Source: Candidatus Dojkabacteria bacterium (GTDB lineage: Bacteria; Patescibacteriota; Dojkabacteria; JAOAGR01). Taken from it: a stretch of 64,000 nucleotides of DNA. The notes under the pieces were generated by a model, which was not told the DNA's origin, ran no database searches, and saw only the letters and a program-made list of their open reading frames with translations. The translations under genes and the position numbers were made by a program. This document shows, one piece after another, positions 28,304 to 37,825 of this stretch (position 1 is its first letter; every line of letters begins with the position of its first letter). The stretch spans positions 64,094 to 128,093 of the forward strand of contig JAOAGR010000002.1 in assembly GCA_026415655.1 (NCBI GenBank), in the 5' to 3' direction.

Positions 28304-30868
28304 TTATTCTTGTAGTAAATTTTTGATTCTATGCAATACCTCCCAAGCTTGGATTGGTGATAATTTTTCAATTTCTAGATTTGTTATAATTTCTTTAAGT
28401 TCTTCATGTTTTTTGTCTTTTTCTTCCGAAAAATCATTATCTATTGTATCTATTAGTGATAGCGGGGTTGGTGCTAATAAATTTTCTTGCTTTTCTAATT
28501 TCTTTAAGATTTTTTCTGCCTTTTTTATTACATCCTCAGGTATTCCAGCTATTTTGGCTACATGTATTCCATAGCTTTTATCCGCCTTACCGGTAGCAAC
28601 CTCATGCATAAAAATTACTTCATTATTTCGCTCTATTACTTTTACATAAAGGTTTTTGACACTTGTATATTTGTTCGCTAGTTCTGTTAGTTCATGATAG
28701 TGTGTCGCAAATAAAACTATTCCTTTTTTTTCTATTAATTTCTCAGAAATGCCCCATGCAAGACTCATACCATCAAATGTTGCAGTACCACGTCCAACTT
28801 CGTCCAATATAATCAATGATTTTTTTGATGAGTTTTTAATTACGTTAGCTGTTTCTAGCATTTCTACAAGAAATGTACTTTGTCCCTCGGCGAGATTGTC
28901 TGATGCACCAATTCTCGAAAATATACCGTCTATAATTCCAATTGTTGCTTCTGATGCAGGCACATAAGATCCTATATGAGCAAGAATAACAATGATTGCT
29001 ACCATACGGATATATGTTGATTTACCACCCATATTTGGTCCGGTAATAAGAAAAAATCTATCTTTTTCGTTTGCGTAAAAAGAGTTTTTTACAAATATTT
29101 TATTTTCTCTGCGCAAAGTATACTCAACAACAGGATGCCAGCCGTTGATTATCTCTATTCTGTTTTCTTCTGTAATGAGTGGTAAAGTCCAATCATTTTC
29201 TAATGATAATAATGCTAAAGCAGAATATACGTCTATTAATCCTAGTTCATTACTAATATCTTGTAAGTCACCAATATAATTTTGTAATTCAGCTACTAAA
29301 TTATCAAATATCTTATTTTCTATTTCTTTTATTTTCTCATCGGCGGTCAGAAGCTTGTTTTCATATTCTTTGAGTTCCGGTGTTATGAATCTCTCAGCAT
29401 TCACAAGTGTTTGTTTGCGGACAAAATAGGCAGGTACGTTCTCAGATTTTTGTTTTGGTATCTCTATATAATATCCAAATACCTTGTTATACCTTACCTT
29501 TAAACTAGTAATCTGTGTTTTATTAATAAGTTCTTTTTCATAGTTATATAACCAATTACTGTCATTATTTTTTATTTCATAAAGCTCATCTAATTCGGCA
29601 TCTATGCTTGTTTTTATGCATCTATTATCTCTTATATTTTGAGGAGGTTCATCAATAATTGTATTAGATATTTTAATAATTATTTCTTTGAGATTGCTCA
29701 AAATTTTATTAATTCGTTCAATACCAGATTGATATAAAAACTCATTATTCTGAACTATATATTTAACTACTTTGTAAGCTTCAATACATGATATCTCAAT
29801 AGATTTTACTTCTCTGGGATTTATGTTTCTCATCCCAATCTTTGATGCTAGACGGGATAGATTTGAGGTTTGTTTTAATATATTCTGTATCTGTTTTATT
29901 CCATCGATTCCTAATGTTCTAAAATCTGTGATATCTCTTTGTCTTTTTTTCATTTGTTTAATATCTTGTAACGGCCTTTTAAGCCATTCTGTAAGCATTT
30001 TACTACCGTTGGTTGTGACTGTTCTATCTATTATCGTAAAAAGTGATAATCCTTTTTGCGAAAAAGATTCTAGTATTTCTAAATTTTTAAGACATATACT
30101 ATCAAGATGCATGTATTCTTTGAGTTTTATTTCCTCAATATTAGTGATGTGTATAAGTGCAGAGCGTTGTGTTGTATATAGATATTCAAGTAGTGTAATG
30201 ACAACTTTTTGTGTTTGTGAATCAAGTTTTTTTATTTTTTCCAAGATGCTTGTATTTACAAATTTACTTACATCGTGATTTTTACCTATATGTCCGAAAA
30301 TCCTATCAGAAAAACTGATTATATATTTTTGAATAAAATTTTTAATTTTATCATTTTCTTCGCAGATAAGTATCTCTTGTGGATTAATGCGATATATGGA
30401 TTCTTTGCATTCTTCATAACTTTGACAATAAACAAGAAAAATAGAATTTTGTGTAATATCAGTATACGCTAATAAGCAATCTTTTTCATTAACAACATCT
30501 AGAACTAGGATATAAGAATTAGTTTTTTTATCTTCTAATAAAATATCTGTTCCGGGGGTAACTATCCTTGTAACTTCACGCTTTACTACACCTTTAGCCT
30601 GTGCTGGATTTTCCATCTGTTCCACAACAACCACTCTTTTATTTGCTTTTGTCAATTTTGGTAGATAATTGTCCAAAGTGTGATAGGGGATACCAGCCAT
30701 TGGGATAGATTTTTCTTTATCCCTTGCTGTTAGTGTGATATTCAAGATCTTTGATACTTCATGGGCATCTTCATAGAAAGTCTCATAAAAATCACCCATT
30801 CTAAAAAGGATAATACAATCAGGATATTCATTCTTTATTGATAGATATTGTTGCATCGCTGGAGTCAT
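28304..30868 (-). CDS. mutS: DNA mismatch repair protein MutS
   Basis: TPAMQQY, FRMGDFYE, GPNMGGKST, STFLVEM, DEVGRGT and FATHYHEL motifs. Confidence 0.98.
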   Translation of the reverse strand: MTPAMQQYLSIKNEYPDCIILFRMGDFYETFYEDAHEVSKILNITLTARDKEKSIPMAGIPYHTLDNYLPKLTKANKRVVVVEQMENPAQAKGVVKREVTRIVTPGTDILLEDKKTNSYILVLDVVNEKDCLLAYTDITQNSIFLVYCQSYEECKESIYRINPQEILICEENDKIKNFIQKYIISFSDRIFGHIGKNHDVSKFVNTSILEKIKKLDSQTQKVVITLLEYLYTTQRSALIHITNIEEIKLKEYMHLDSICLKNLEILESFSQKGLSLFTIIDRTVTTNGSKMLTEWLKRPLQDIKQMKKRQRDITDFRTLGIDGIKQIQNILKQTSNLSRLASKIGMRNINPREVKSIEISCIEAYKVVKYIVQNNEFLYQSGIERINKILSNLKEIIIKISNTIIDEPPQNIRDNRCIKTSIDAELDELYEIKNNDSNWLYNYEKELINKTQITSLKVRYNKVFGYYIEIPKQKSENVPAYFVRKQTLVNAERFITPELKEYENKLLTADEKIKEIENKIFDNLVAELQNYIGDLQDISNELGLIDVYSALALLSLENDWTLPLITEENRIEIINGWHPVVEYTLRRENKIFVKNSFYANEKDRFFLITGPNMGGKSTYIRMVAIIVILAHIGSYVPASEATIGIIDGIFSRIGASDNLAEGQSTFLVEMLETANVIKNSSKKSLIILDEVGRGTATFDGMSLAWGISEKLIEKKGIVLFATHYHELTELANKYTSVKNLYVKVIERNNEVIFMHEVATGKADKSYGIHVAKIAGIPEDVIKKAEKILKKLEKQENLLAPTPLSLIDTIDNDFSEEKDKKHEELKEIITNLEIEKLSPIQAWEVLHRIKNLLQE

Positions 30869-30927
30869 ATGGTTAGATTATAAATTATGCTAGTTAAATA
30901 GTTTTATAAATTGATATAATGCTTTTT

Positions 30928-32682
30928 ATGAAAAAAGTGATAATCGGTGCTGCGTGGCCGTATGTAAACGGGGATCTTCATCCTGGGCATATTGCAGGAT
31001 ACAACTTGCCTGCCGATATTTTTACAAGATATCAAAGACTTATCGGCAACGAAGTAATGCTTGTTTCCGGTGCGGATTGTTATGGTACTCCCATTACTTT
31101 ACAAGCAGACAAAGAAGGAACCACTCCAGAGCAAATCGTACAAAAATACGCACCTAGGACGAAAGAGCTTTTATGTGATATTTACAAAACATCTTATGAT
31201 ATTTTTACTCAAACTCATACAAAAATACATAATTTAATAGTACAAATATTTTTCTTAAATTTATTGAAAAATGGATACATAACTCGCAAATTTACAAGAC
31301 AATATTATTCTGAAAGGGATAACCGTTTTTATCCTGATAGATACGTAGAAGGCGAATGTATGTATTGTCATGCTAAGGATCAAAGAGCAGATCAGTGCGA
31401 GTCCTGTGGCCGTACCCTCATTCCCGGTGAGCTTGTAAATCCAAAGGCTAAACTTACAGGCTCAGAGGTTGCATTAAAAGAAACTGAGCATTATTTTTTT
31501 AGTTTATCTTCGTTTAAAGAAAGATTAAAAAATTATTTATATTCAAAAAAAGATATATGGCGTGAGTGGGTATGGAAAGAGACAGAGAAATGGATAAATG
31601 AACTTGAAGACAGATCCCTCACGCGTGATTTGGATTGGGGAGTAGAAATACCTGTTGAATATATGGATGAAAAAGATATTGTCGATCATGTCGAGAATAA
31701 ACGACTTTATGTGTGGTTTGATGCTGTCATAGGATATTTTAGTGCATCTTTTGTTTTGAAATTTGGTGATAAATTTGATTCTATCAATGACCTGATGCCT
31801 GTATTTAACGAGTTTGTATCAAAATATTGGGATAGTGATGATATTGATCTTGTTCATTATCTTTTTGTGGGTCAAGATAATCTCTTTTTTCACACAATTT
31901 GGTGGCCTGCTCTTTTAATGGGGCAAGAGATAAATTTGAAGTTACCAGACAATGTGGTTGTAAATTACTTTCTAAATTTAGAAGGACAAAAATTCTCTAA
32001 AAGTAGGGGAATATATATAAATGCTCGTGAATTGGTGAATACTTATGGGTTGGATGCTGTAAGGTATTATCTTATTCGTATCAATCCAGAAAATTCATCT
32101 ACTCACTGGTACTGGGATGATTTCAAGGACCGTATAAACAACGAATTGGTCGCCACACTTGGTAACTTTGTACATCGAACATTAGTTTTTTATGCTAAAT
32201 ACTTAGGTAACTCAATTTCATTAGAAAATGTGCAAGTAGATTATGAAGTGAAAAGCATTATAAATTCACTTTTTGTCGATTTTTACGGCAATGACGGCTT
32301 TGATGGATTGATTGGCAAAGCAAGGTTTAAAGATGCTTTAGATAAGCTTATGGATCTTGCTAGATTTGGAAACTTGTTTTTTGATAGATGTGCTCCCTGG
32401 AAAAGTGTAAAAGAAGATACAAAAAGCTGTGCCAATGCTATATATAATTGTTTGCATTTAATTTTGGCTATATCTTTATTGATCTCCATATTTTTACCAG
32501 ATGCTGGTTCGAAATTGGCGAAAATATTCTATGTCGATTTCTTATACGAAAGATATAGTAATAGACTTTTTCAAATGTATGATGACGATTATCTTGACAC
32601 TTTAATTAGAGAAAATTTATTGACTATTCCATCTGATTTGGCGCCGCTATTCAACAAGATAGATAAAATAATAAAAGTATGA
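30928..32682 (+). CDS. metG: Methionine--tRNA ligase
   Basis: AWPYVNGDLHPGH, zinc knuckle C..C...C..C, YVWFDA and KFSKS; ATG 30928 preferred. Confidence 0.97.
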   Translation: MKKVIIGAAWPYVNGDLHPGHIAGYNLPADIFTRYQRLIGNEVMLVSGADCYGTPITLQADKEGTTPEQIVQKYAPRTKELLCDIYKTSYDIFTQTHTKIHNLIVQIFFLNLLKNGYITRKFTRQYYSERDNRFYPDRYVEGECMYCHAKDQRADQCESCGRTLIPGELVNPKAKLTGSEVALKETEHYFFSLSSFKERLKNYLYSKKDIWREWVWKETEKWINELEDRSLTRDLDWGVEIPVEYMDEKDIVDHVENKRLYVWFDAVIGYFSASFVLKFGDKFDSINDLMPVFNEFVSKYWDSDDIDLVHYLFVGQDNLFFHTIWWPALLMGQEINLKLPDNVVVNYFLNLEGQKFSKSRGIYINARELVNTYGLDAVRYYLIRINPENSSTHWYWDDFKDRINNELVATLGNFVHRTLVFYAKYLGNSISLENVQVDYEVKSIINSLFVDFYGNDGFDGLIGKARFKDALDKLMDLARFGNLFFDRCAPWKSVKEDTKSCANAIYNCLHLILAISLLISIFLPDAGSKLAKIFYVDFLYERYSNRLFQMYDDDYLDTLIRENLLTIPSDLAPLFNKIDKIIKV

Positions 32683-33617
32683 ATCTAATAGATATTTTTT
32701 TACCTCTGGCTTCTATATTTTTTGTATTTATTTTGGGGATTGGTATTATTTCAGTTGTTAATAAAATCACTTCTCTTGTGAATATATCTTCTTTTTTGTT
32801 TTCTTATTTTGTTTTGGGCTGTTTAACTACTATGGCCGAGATTTCAGTTGGTATTCATTCGATAATTGATGATAAAGATAGTGTATTTGTGGGCAATTTA
32901 GCAGGTGGTATTATTTTCTTAATAACTTTTTTAATTCCTTTGATAGGGATATTTTCCGGAGAGATCAAAATCTATAAAAGTGTAAAAAAAGATAATTTGG
33001 TGTACCTTTTAGGTTATCTATTGTTGCCATTCTTACTCATTTTGGATAATGAGGTAAACATATTAGATGCAATATTTCTAATAATAAGTTATATAGTGAT
33101 GTCTTTGAAATTATCGCGTGAAGACATAGACTCAGAAAAGATTAATTATATTTTTAGTTCTAATTTAATAAAAAAACTTATCTTGTGGACAATTGTCTTG
33201 TTTATTTTAATACTAGGTCTTATGTATGTCAGCAATTATGTTGTAGATCTAATTGTTAAATGGGCGAATGGAATTGGTAAGTCGTATTTTGATTTTAGCT
33301 TTTTATTGCTGCCTGTTATCACAAATATGCCAGAGATGGTCATTGCTATAGTCTCCCTTTTAAAAAAACAAAAGTCAGTTGCAATAGGTAATTATTTGGG
33401 ATCTTCTACATTTAACGCTTTTTTGATTGGAATACTATCTATGTTTGCGGGTCAGGTCTTTTTAAATACAAATCCTTTTTTAATTTTCATATTTTTCCTC
33501 TTCATGCTGATCTTAATCTATTTTTTTATGGATTCTGAAAATAAGTTAACAAGAAAAGAGAGTTTTATATTACTTATTTTTTCATTAATATTTATCTGTA
33601 TTGAGATATTCATCTGA
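32679..33617 (+). CDS. CaCA-family cation/Ca2+ antiporter
   Basis: Two alpha-repeats: TTMAE...VGNLAGG and TNMPE...IGNYLGSS. Confidence 0.88.
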   Translation: MNLIDIFLPLASIFFVFILGIGIISVVNKITSLVNISSFLFSYFVLGCLTTMAEISVGIHSIIDDKDSVFVGNLAGGIIFLITFLIPLIGIFSGEIKIYKSVKKDNLVYLLGYLLLPFLLILDNEVNILDAIFLIISYIVMSLKLSREDIDSEKINYIFSSNLIKKLILWTIVLFILILGLMYVSNYVVDLIVKWANGIGKSYFDFSFLLLPVITNMPEMVIAIVSLLKKQKSVAIGNYLGSSTFNAFLIGILSMFAGQVFLNTNPFLIFIFFLFMLILIYFFMDSENKLTRKESFILLIFSLIFICIEIFI

Positions 33618-33624
33618 CGCATAA

Positions 33625-34041
33625 ATGATAAACAGAAATCTCTTAAAAACAATAACCAAGAAGATATATATATATTATGCATTAGGTATTGTTATCATCA
33701 TGATTTTCGTCTTTGTAATTTGGTTTTTTATTAGTGGTGGAAATATTAATTTTTTGGGATCAAATAATGTCAAAGAATTAAAAGAGATTATTGTATATAT
33801 AGATAAAAGACGTATGAAGGTAAATCATGATGTGTTTAGGGCGAAGGTTTTATACAATCTTATATTTATTAAATCAGAAGATGTTAATGACTGTGATAAC
33901 ATAGAAATACCGGAGATATTTTTTAGCCTAAGGCTGGTAGACAACCGTACAGAAATACCTTTTGTACATATGAGAGAGGGGGATATAACTATTCGTTGTT
34001 TCGAGAATAATAAGAAAACAACTACTATTAGATTAGTATAG
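33625..34041 (+). CDS. Membrane-anchored cupredoxin-like domain protein
   Basis: TM helix, then DVNDCDNIEIPE...EGDITIRCF resembling Cupredoxin_1 domains. Confidence 0.55.
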   Translation: MINRNLLKTITKKIYIYYALGIVIIMIFVFVIWFFISGGNINFLGSNNVKELKEIIVYIDKRRMKVNHDVFRAKVLYNLIFIKSEDVNDCDNIEIPEIFFSLRLVDNRTEIPFVHMREGDITIRCFENNKKTTTIRLV

Positions 34042-34079
34042 ATTTTGAATAATTCTTCAAATTTTAATAACATGAACTA

Positions 34080-35297
34080 ATGGCAAAGATCGTAGATCTA
34101 AAGGCAAGGCAGATTCTTGGTACTAATGGAAATTATTGTATTGCTTGCGAAGTGATGCTTGATACTGGCGAAAAGAGTTTTATCCAAATGCCGGTCCTTC
34201 ATGACCATAACTTTATATCATGTTATGATGTTCCGAATTCTAAATCAAATATTATTAAAAGTGTATTAAAACAAGTTTTTTATATTAACAATAATATTAA
34301 GAAAATCTTGGTGGATCGCAAAATTGAAGATCTTGAAATTGTTGATGAGATCTTGTCACGTCTTGATAATGATCAGAGATGTTCTAACTTAGGTATAAAT
34401 ACTATTTCTGCAGTGTCCTGGTCATTATTTTTAGCAGCAGCCAAATCAAAGAATGTAGATTTGTTTAAATACATCTCCGAGTTCTGTGGTTTTGATAATA
34501 TTACTTATACTTTTCCATATGTTGTTTTTGATATATTTACGGATCCAGAAAAAAGAGTAATTCCATGGAGCGGAATTGGTATAGTGCCTGTTTTGAAAAC
34601 ACGTTTCAAGGATATGATTGATTTTGTTATCAGACTCTATGAACAGATTATAAAATCGAAAAAATACATATATCATATTAACTATGATGGGGGAATATTG
34701 CCAGATACTGACAATTTAGAAGGATTGTTAGAGGAGATTATTACAGCGGGAGAGAAGATCGGTTTTTACAATAAAAAAGATTTCTTTATAGTATTGGATG
34801 CTGGTTTAAATCGCAATCAAAACAATAAATATTTCATCAAATACAATTCGGATGATATTACAAGACTAGAATTAATTAAATATTATGAAAATTTAATAAA
34901 AAAATACTATTTAGGATCAATTATTAATCCGATTAATACTCATGACAAGGAAGGAATATCTACCATAATAGATGTATTGAGTAAAGATGTTCAGATAATA
35001 TTTGATTATCATTATTTTGACGATAAAGACCAGATATTTAGTTTTGATGATAATGTGACTGTCGGTATTCGTTTGGAAAATTTCTTAACAGCTACTTCCA
35101 TGCTAAATTTTTTATCAAAATTAAAAAATAAAAGTATTCCTTTTATTTTGAGGCATTCTTTGTTTGAGACGATCGATCATTTTTTGGCTGATATAGCTAT
35201 TGGCACAAGATCGATTCAGATAGATTTTGGTGGACTTTTTGGGGGACAAAATGTAGCAAAATACAACAGACTTTTAACTATAGAAGAACTGTCTTGA
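34080..35297 (+). CDS. Second enolase-like protein, highly degenerate
   Basis: KIVDLKARQIL, LGINTISAVS, ETIDHFLADIAIG and AKYNRLLTIEE; catalytic and metal-binding residues replaced. Confidence 0.82.
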   Translation: MAKIVDLKARQILGTNGNYCIACEVMLDTGEKSFIQMPVLHDHNFISCYDVPNSKSNIIKSVLKQVFYINNNIKKILVDRKIEDLEIVDEILSRLDNDQRCSNLGINTISAVSWSLFLAAAKSKNVDLFKYISEFCGFDNITYTFPYVVFDIFTDPEKRVIPWSGIGIVPVLKTRFKDMIDFVIRLYEQIIKSKKYIYHINYDGGILPDTDNLEGLLEEIITAGEKIGFYNKKDFFIVLDAGLNRNQNNKYFIKYNSDDITRLELIKYYENLIKKYYLGSIINPINTHDKEGISTIIDVLSKDVQIIFDYHYFDDKDQIFSFDDNVTVGIRLENFLTATSMLNFLSKLKNKSIPFILRHSLFETIDHFLADIAIGTRSIQIDFGGLFGGQNVAKYNRLLTIEELS

Positions 35298-35349
35298 AAG
35301 GGATATATTCTGATTTGCATAGAATCTTCTATTTTAGTAAAAAATAAAT

Positions 35350-37662
35350 GTGAGTCTTGCAAAAAAACAAATTGATAGTTTAAAAAAATACTTTCGTGCT
35401 GTAAATTATTTGTCTGCCATTCAAATATATCTTAAAAGTAATTTTTTACTTGAACGCAATCTAACTTTTGATGATATCAAACCAAGACTTTTGGGACATT
35501 GGGGAACATGTCCAGGTATAAATTTTCTTTATACTAATATTAACTTTTTTATAAAAAGAACTTCGCAAAAAACTGTTCTTCTGATAGGACCGGGGCACGG
35601 ACTCCCAGCTATACAAGCAAATGTTTATTTGGATGGTACTTTAGGGCAAAAATATCCGCAAGCGCAACACAATTTAGATGGTATTGAATTTATATCCAAA
35701 CTATTTTCCTGGCCTTATGGATTTCCAAGTCATGCAAGTCCCATGACTCCTGGAGTTTTATTAGAAGGCGGTGAACTTGGTTATGCACTAAGTATGGCTT
35801 TTGGGGTTACAAAATTTAAAAAGGATCTTCTTGTTATACCTTTTATAGGTGATGGAGAAGCGGAAACAGGACCAACAGCCACTTCTTGGTTTTTAAATAG
35901 ATTCTGGAATCCACTCGAGGATGGATTCATCATTCCGATAGTTCATGTAAATGGATATAAAATCTCAGGACCAACTATATATGGTCGCATGTCACTACTT
36001 GAATTAAAAGATCTTTTTTATGGATATGGCTACGATCCGATTTTTGTAGAATACAACGAATTTGAGGATATATTTGTAAAGATGCAGCAGGCACTCAGCA
36101 GATCTTATGAAATATCGCTCTCCATTCGATCTAAATATGCACAAGGATCTATATCTATTCCTAGGATTCCTGTGATCATCTTAAAAACTCCCAAAGGTTG
36201 GACAGGTATTAAATCTTATGAGAATGTTAAAATTGAAGATAATTATCTTTCTCATCAAGTTCCACTTTCAAATGCAAAATCAGATGAAAATCAATTGAGA
36301 GCTTTAGAAGATTGGTTAAGAAGTTATCATTTCGAGGAAGTATTTAATGAAGAATACGGATTTTCGAAGGATATTTTAGATATATTGCCCAGTGATGGAT
36401 TAAAAATTGCCGATGTTGTAGAAAATGAACTTCAACCTATGGATCTGATATCCGTTACCAATCCACAAGACCTGGCCAATTATCCAATTCATGCTCACCA
36501 AAGCTCGATGAAAGGCATTGGAAAGTATTTAAAAGAATTGATCAGATCAAATCCTAAAAGTTTTGCGGTATTTTCACCAGATGAAACTTACTCTAATAAA
36601 ATAAATGAGATTTTTCTCGTAACCAAAAGAGTAAATTTATGGCCGTTAAAATCTTCAGATGAAGATTTTGCTACTTCTGGAAATGTCTTTGAGATGTTGT
36701 CGGAGCACGCATTGTTTGGAATGTTAAAAGGATTTGTTATGTCAGGCAGATCTGGAGTATTTGTATCATATGAGGCTTTTGTGCAGATTATCACTAGCAT
36801 GGTAGATCAATACATTAAGTTCCTTAAACAATCAAGAAAGGTACATTGGAGGGCAAAACTAAATGCTTTAAACATAATTCTCACTTCGTCAGGATGGAGG
36901 CAAGACCATAATGGTTTTACACATCAAAATCCTGGATTTTTAAGTAATATTATTGAAAAACAAGATGTATCTGTACGAATATATTTTCCTGTAGATATAA
37001 ACACATCTGTTATTTTATTGGACAAGGTTTTGTATCAAAAGAATAGAATAAATGTCATATGTGTAGGAAAAACAGAGGAACCGGTATATTTTGATGCCCA
37101 TTCAGCAAGAACAGCGTTAGATGATGGCTACTGTATTTTTGATGATGAAATAAATACATCACCAGATATTGTGATTGTTGGTATTGGTGATTACATGGCA
37201 AAAGAGGCTTGGTACGCAAGTCAGATCTGTCGTTTTGAGTTAATCAAATTTCATATAAGACTTGTCTTTGTAATAGATTTTTACAAATTTCAAAAAATGC
37301 TAGAACTGAGTCCTAATAAGTTTAATTCTATTTTTAGAGCGAAATATTTGACAGTATGGAATTTTCACGGATATCCGCAGAGTCTAATGAAAATTTTATT
37401 TAATTCATCTGTATCATCCAATTCATATGTAAATGGATACATAGAGGTAGGATCAACGACGACACCTTTTGATATGCTCATTAGAAACAAAGTTTCGAGG
37501 TGGAATATATTTCTTCAGGTTTTGGATCGTTTATTAGATCTTGGAAAAATTTCCAAGAAACATTATAAGAAGTTGAAATTTAAATACGAAGAAAAATTTA
37601 GAAAACATAAGATATTTATTCAAAAATATGGATATGATCAAGATTGGATAAATATAGTATAA
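35350..37662 (+). CDS. xfp: Phosphoketolase (XFP family)
   Basis: LLGHWGT, GPGHG, EGGELGY, GDGEAET, SHQVP and QDHNGFTHQNPG motifs, all intact. Confidence 0.96.
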   Translation: MSLAKKQIDSLKKYFRAVNYLSAIQIYLKSNFLLERNLTFDDIKPRLLGHWGTCPGINFLYTNINFFIKRTSQKTVLLIGPGHGLPAIQANVYLDGTLGQKYPQAQHNLDGIEFISKLFSWPYGFPSHASPMTPGVLLEGGELGYALSMAFGVTKFKKDLLVIPFIGDGEAETGPTATSWFLNRFWNPLEDGFIIPIVHVNGYKISGPTIYGRMSLLELKDLFYGYGYDPIFVEYNEFEDIFVKMQQALSRSYEISLSIRSKYAQGSISIPRIPVIILKTPKGWTGIKSYENVKIEDNYLSHQVPLSNAKSDENQLRALEDWLRSYHFEEVFNEEYGFSKDILDILPSDGLKIADVVENELQPMDLISVTNPQDLANYPIHAHQSSMKGIGKYLKELIRSNPKSFAVFSPDETYSNKINEIFLVTKRVNLWPLKSSDEDFATSGNVFEMLSEHALFGMLKGFVMSGRSGVFVSYEAFVQIITSMVDQYIKFLKQSRKVHWRAKLNALNIILTSSGWRQDHNGFTHQNPGFLSNIIEKQDVSVRIYFPVDINTSVILLDKVLYQKNRINVICVGKTEEPVYFDAHSARTALDDGYCIFDDEINTSPDIVIVGIGDYMAKEAWYASQICRFELIKFHIRLVFVIDFYKFQKMLELSPNKFNSIFRAKYLTVWNFHGYPQSLMKILFNSSVSSNSYVNGYIEVGSTTTPFDMLIRNKVSRWNIFLQVLDRLLDLGKISKKHYKKLKFKYEEKFRKHKIFIQKYGYDQDWINIV

Positions 37663-37782
37663 ATTAAGATATGTGTTAGTTCTATTGTATTATCGAAGAT
37701 TATTTGTAAGATGAACAGTTATTAGTGCTTAATATTTTATATTTTAGTAAGCGTTCGAAGTCGGATTGTAAAATATCTAATA

Positions 37783-37809
37783 TTGTCAGACTATTTATTT
37801 ATTTGCTAA
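37783..37809. promoter_or_regulatory. Degenerate CIRCE-like operator upstream of the first Clp ATPase
   Basis: TTGTCAGAC-N9-ATTTGCTAA; 3 mismatches to the arms at 51585. Confidence 0.5.
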
Positions 37810-37825
37810 ACTACATTTTGAGAAT

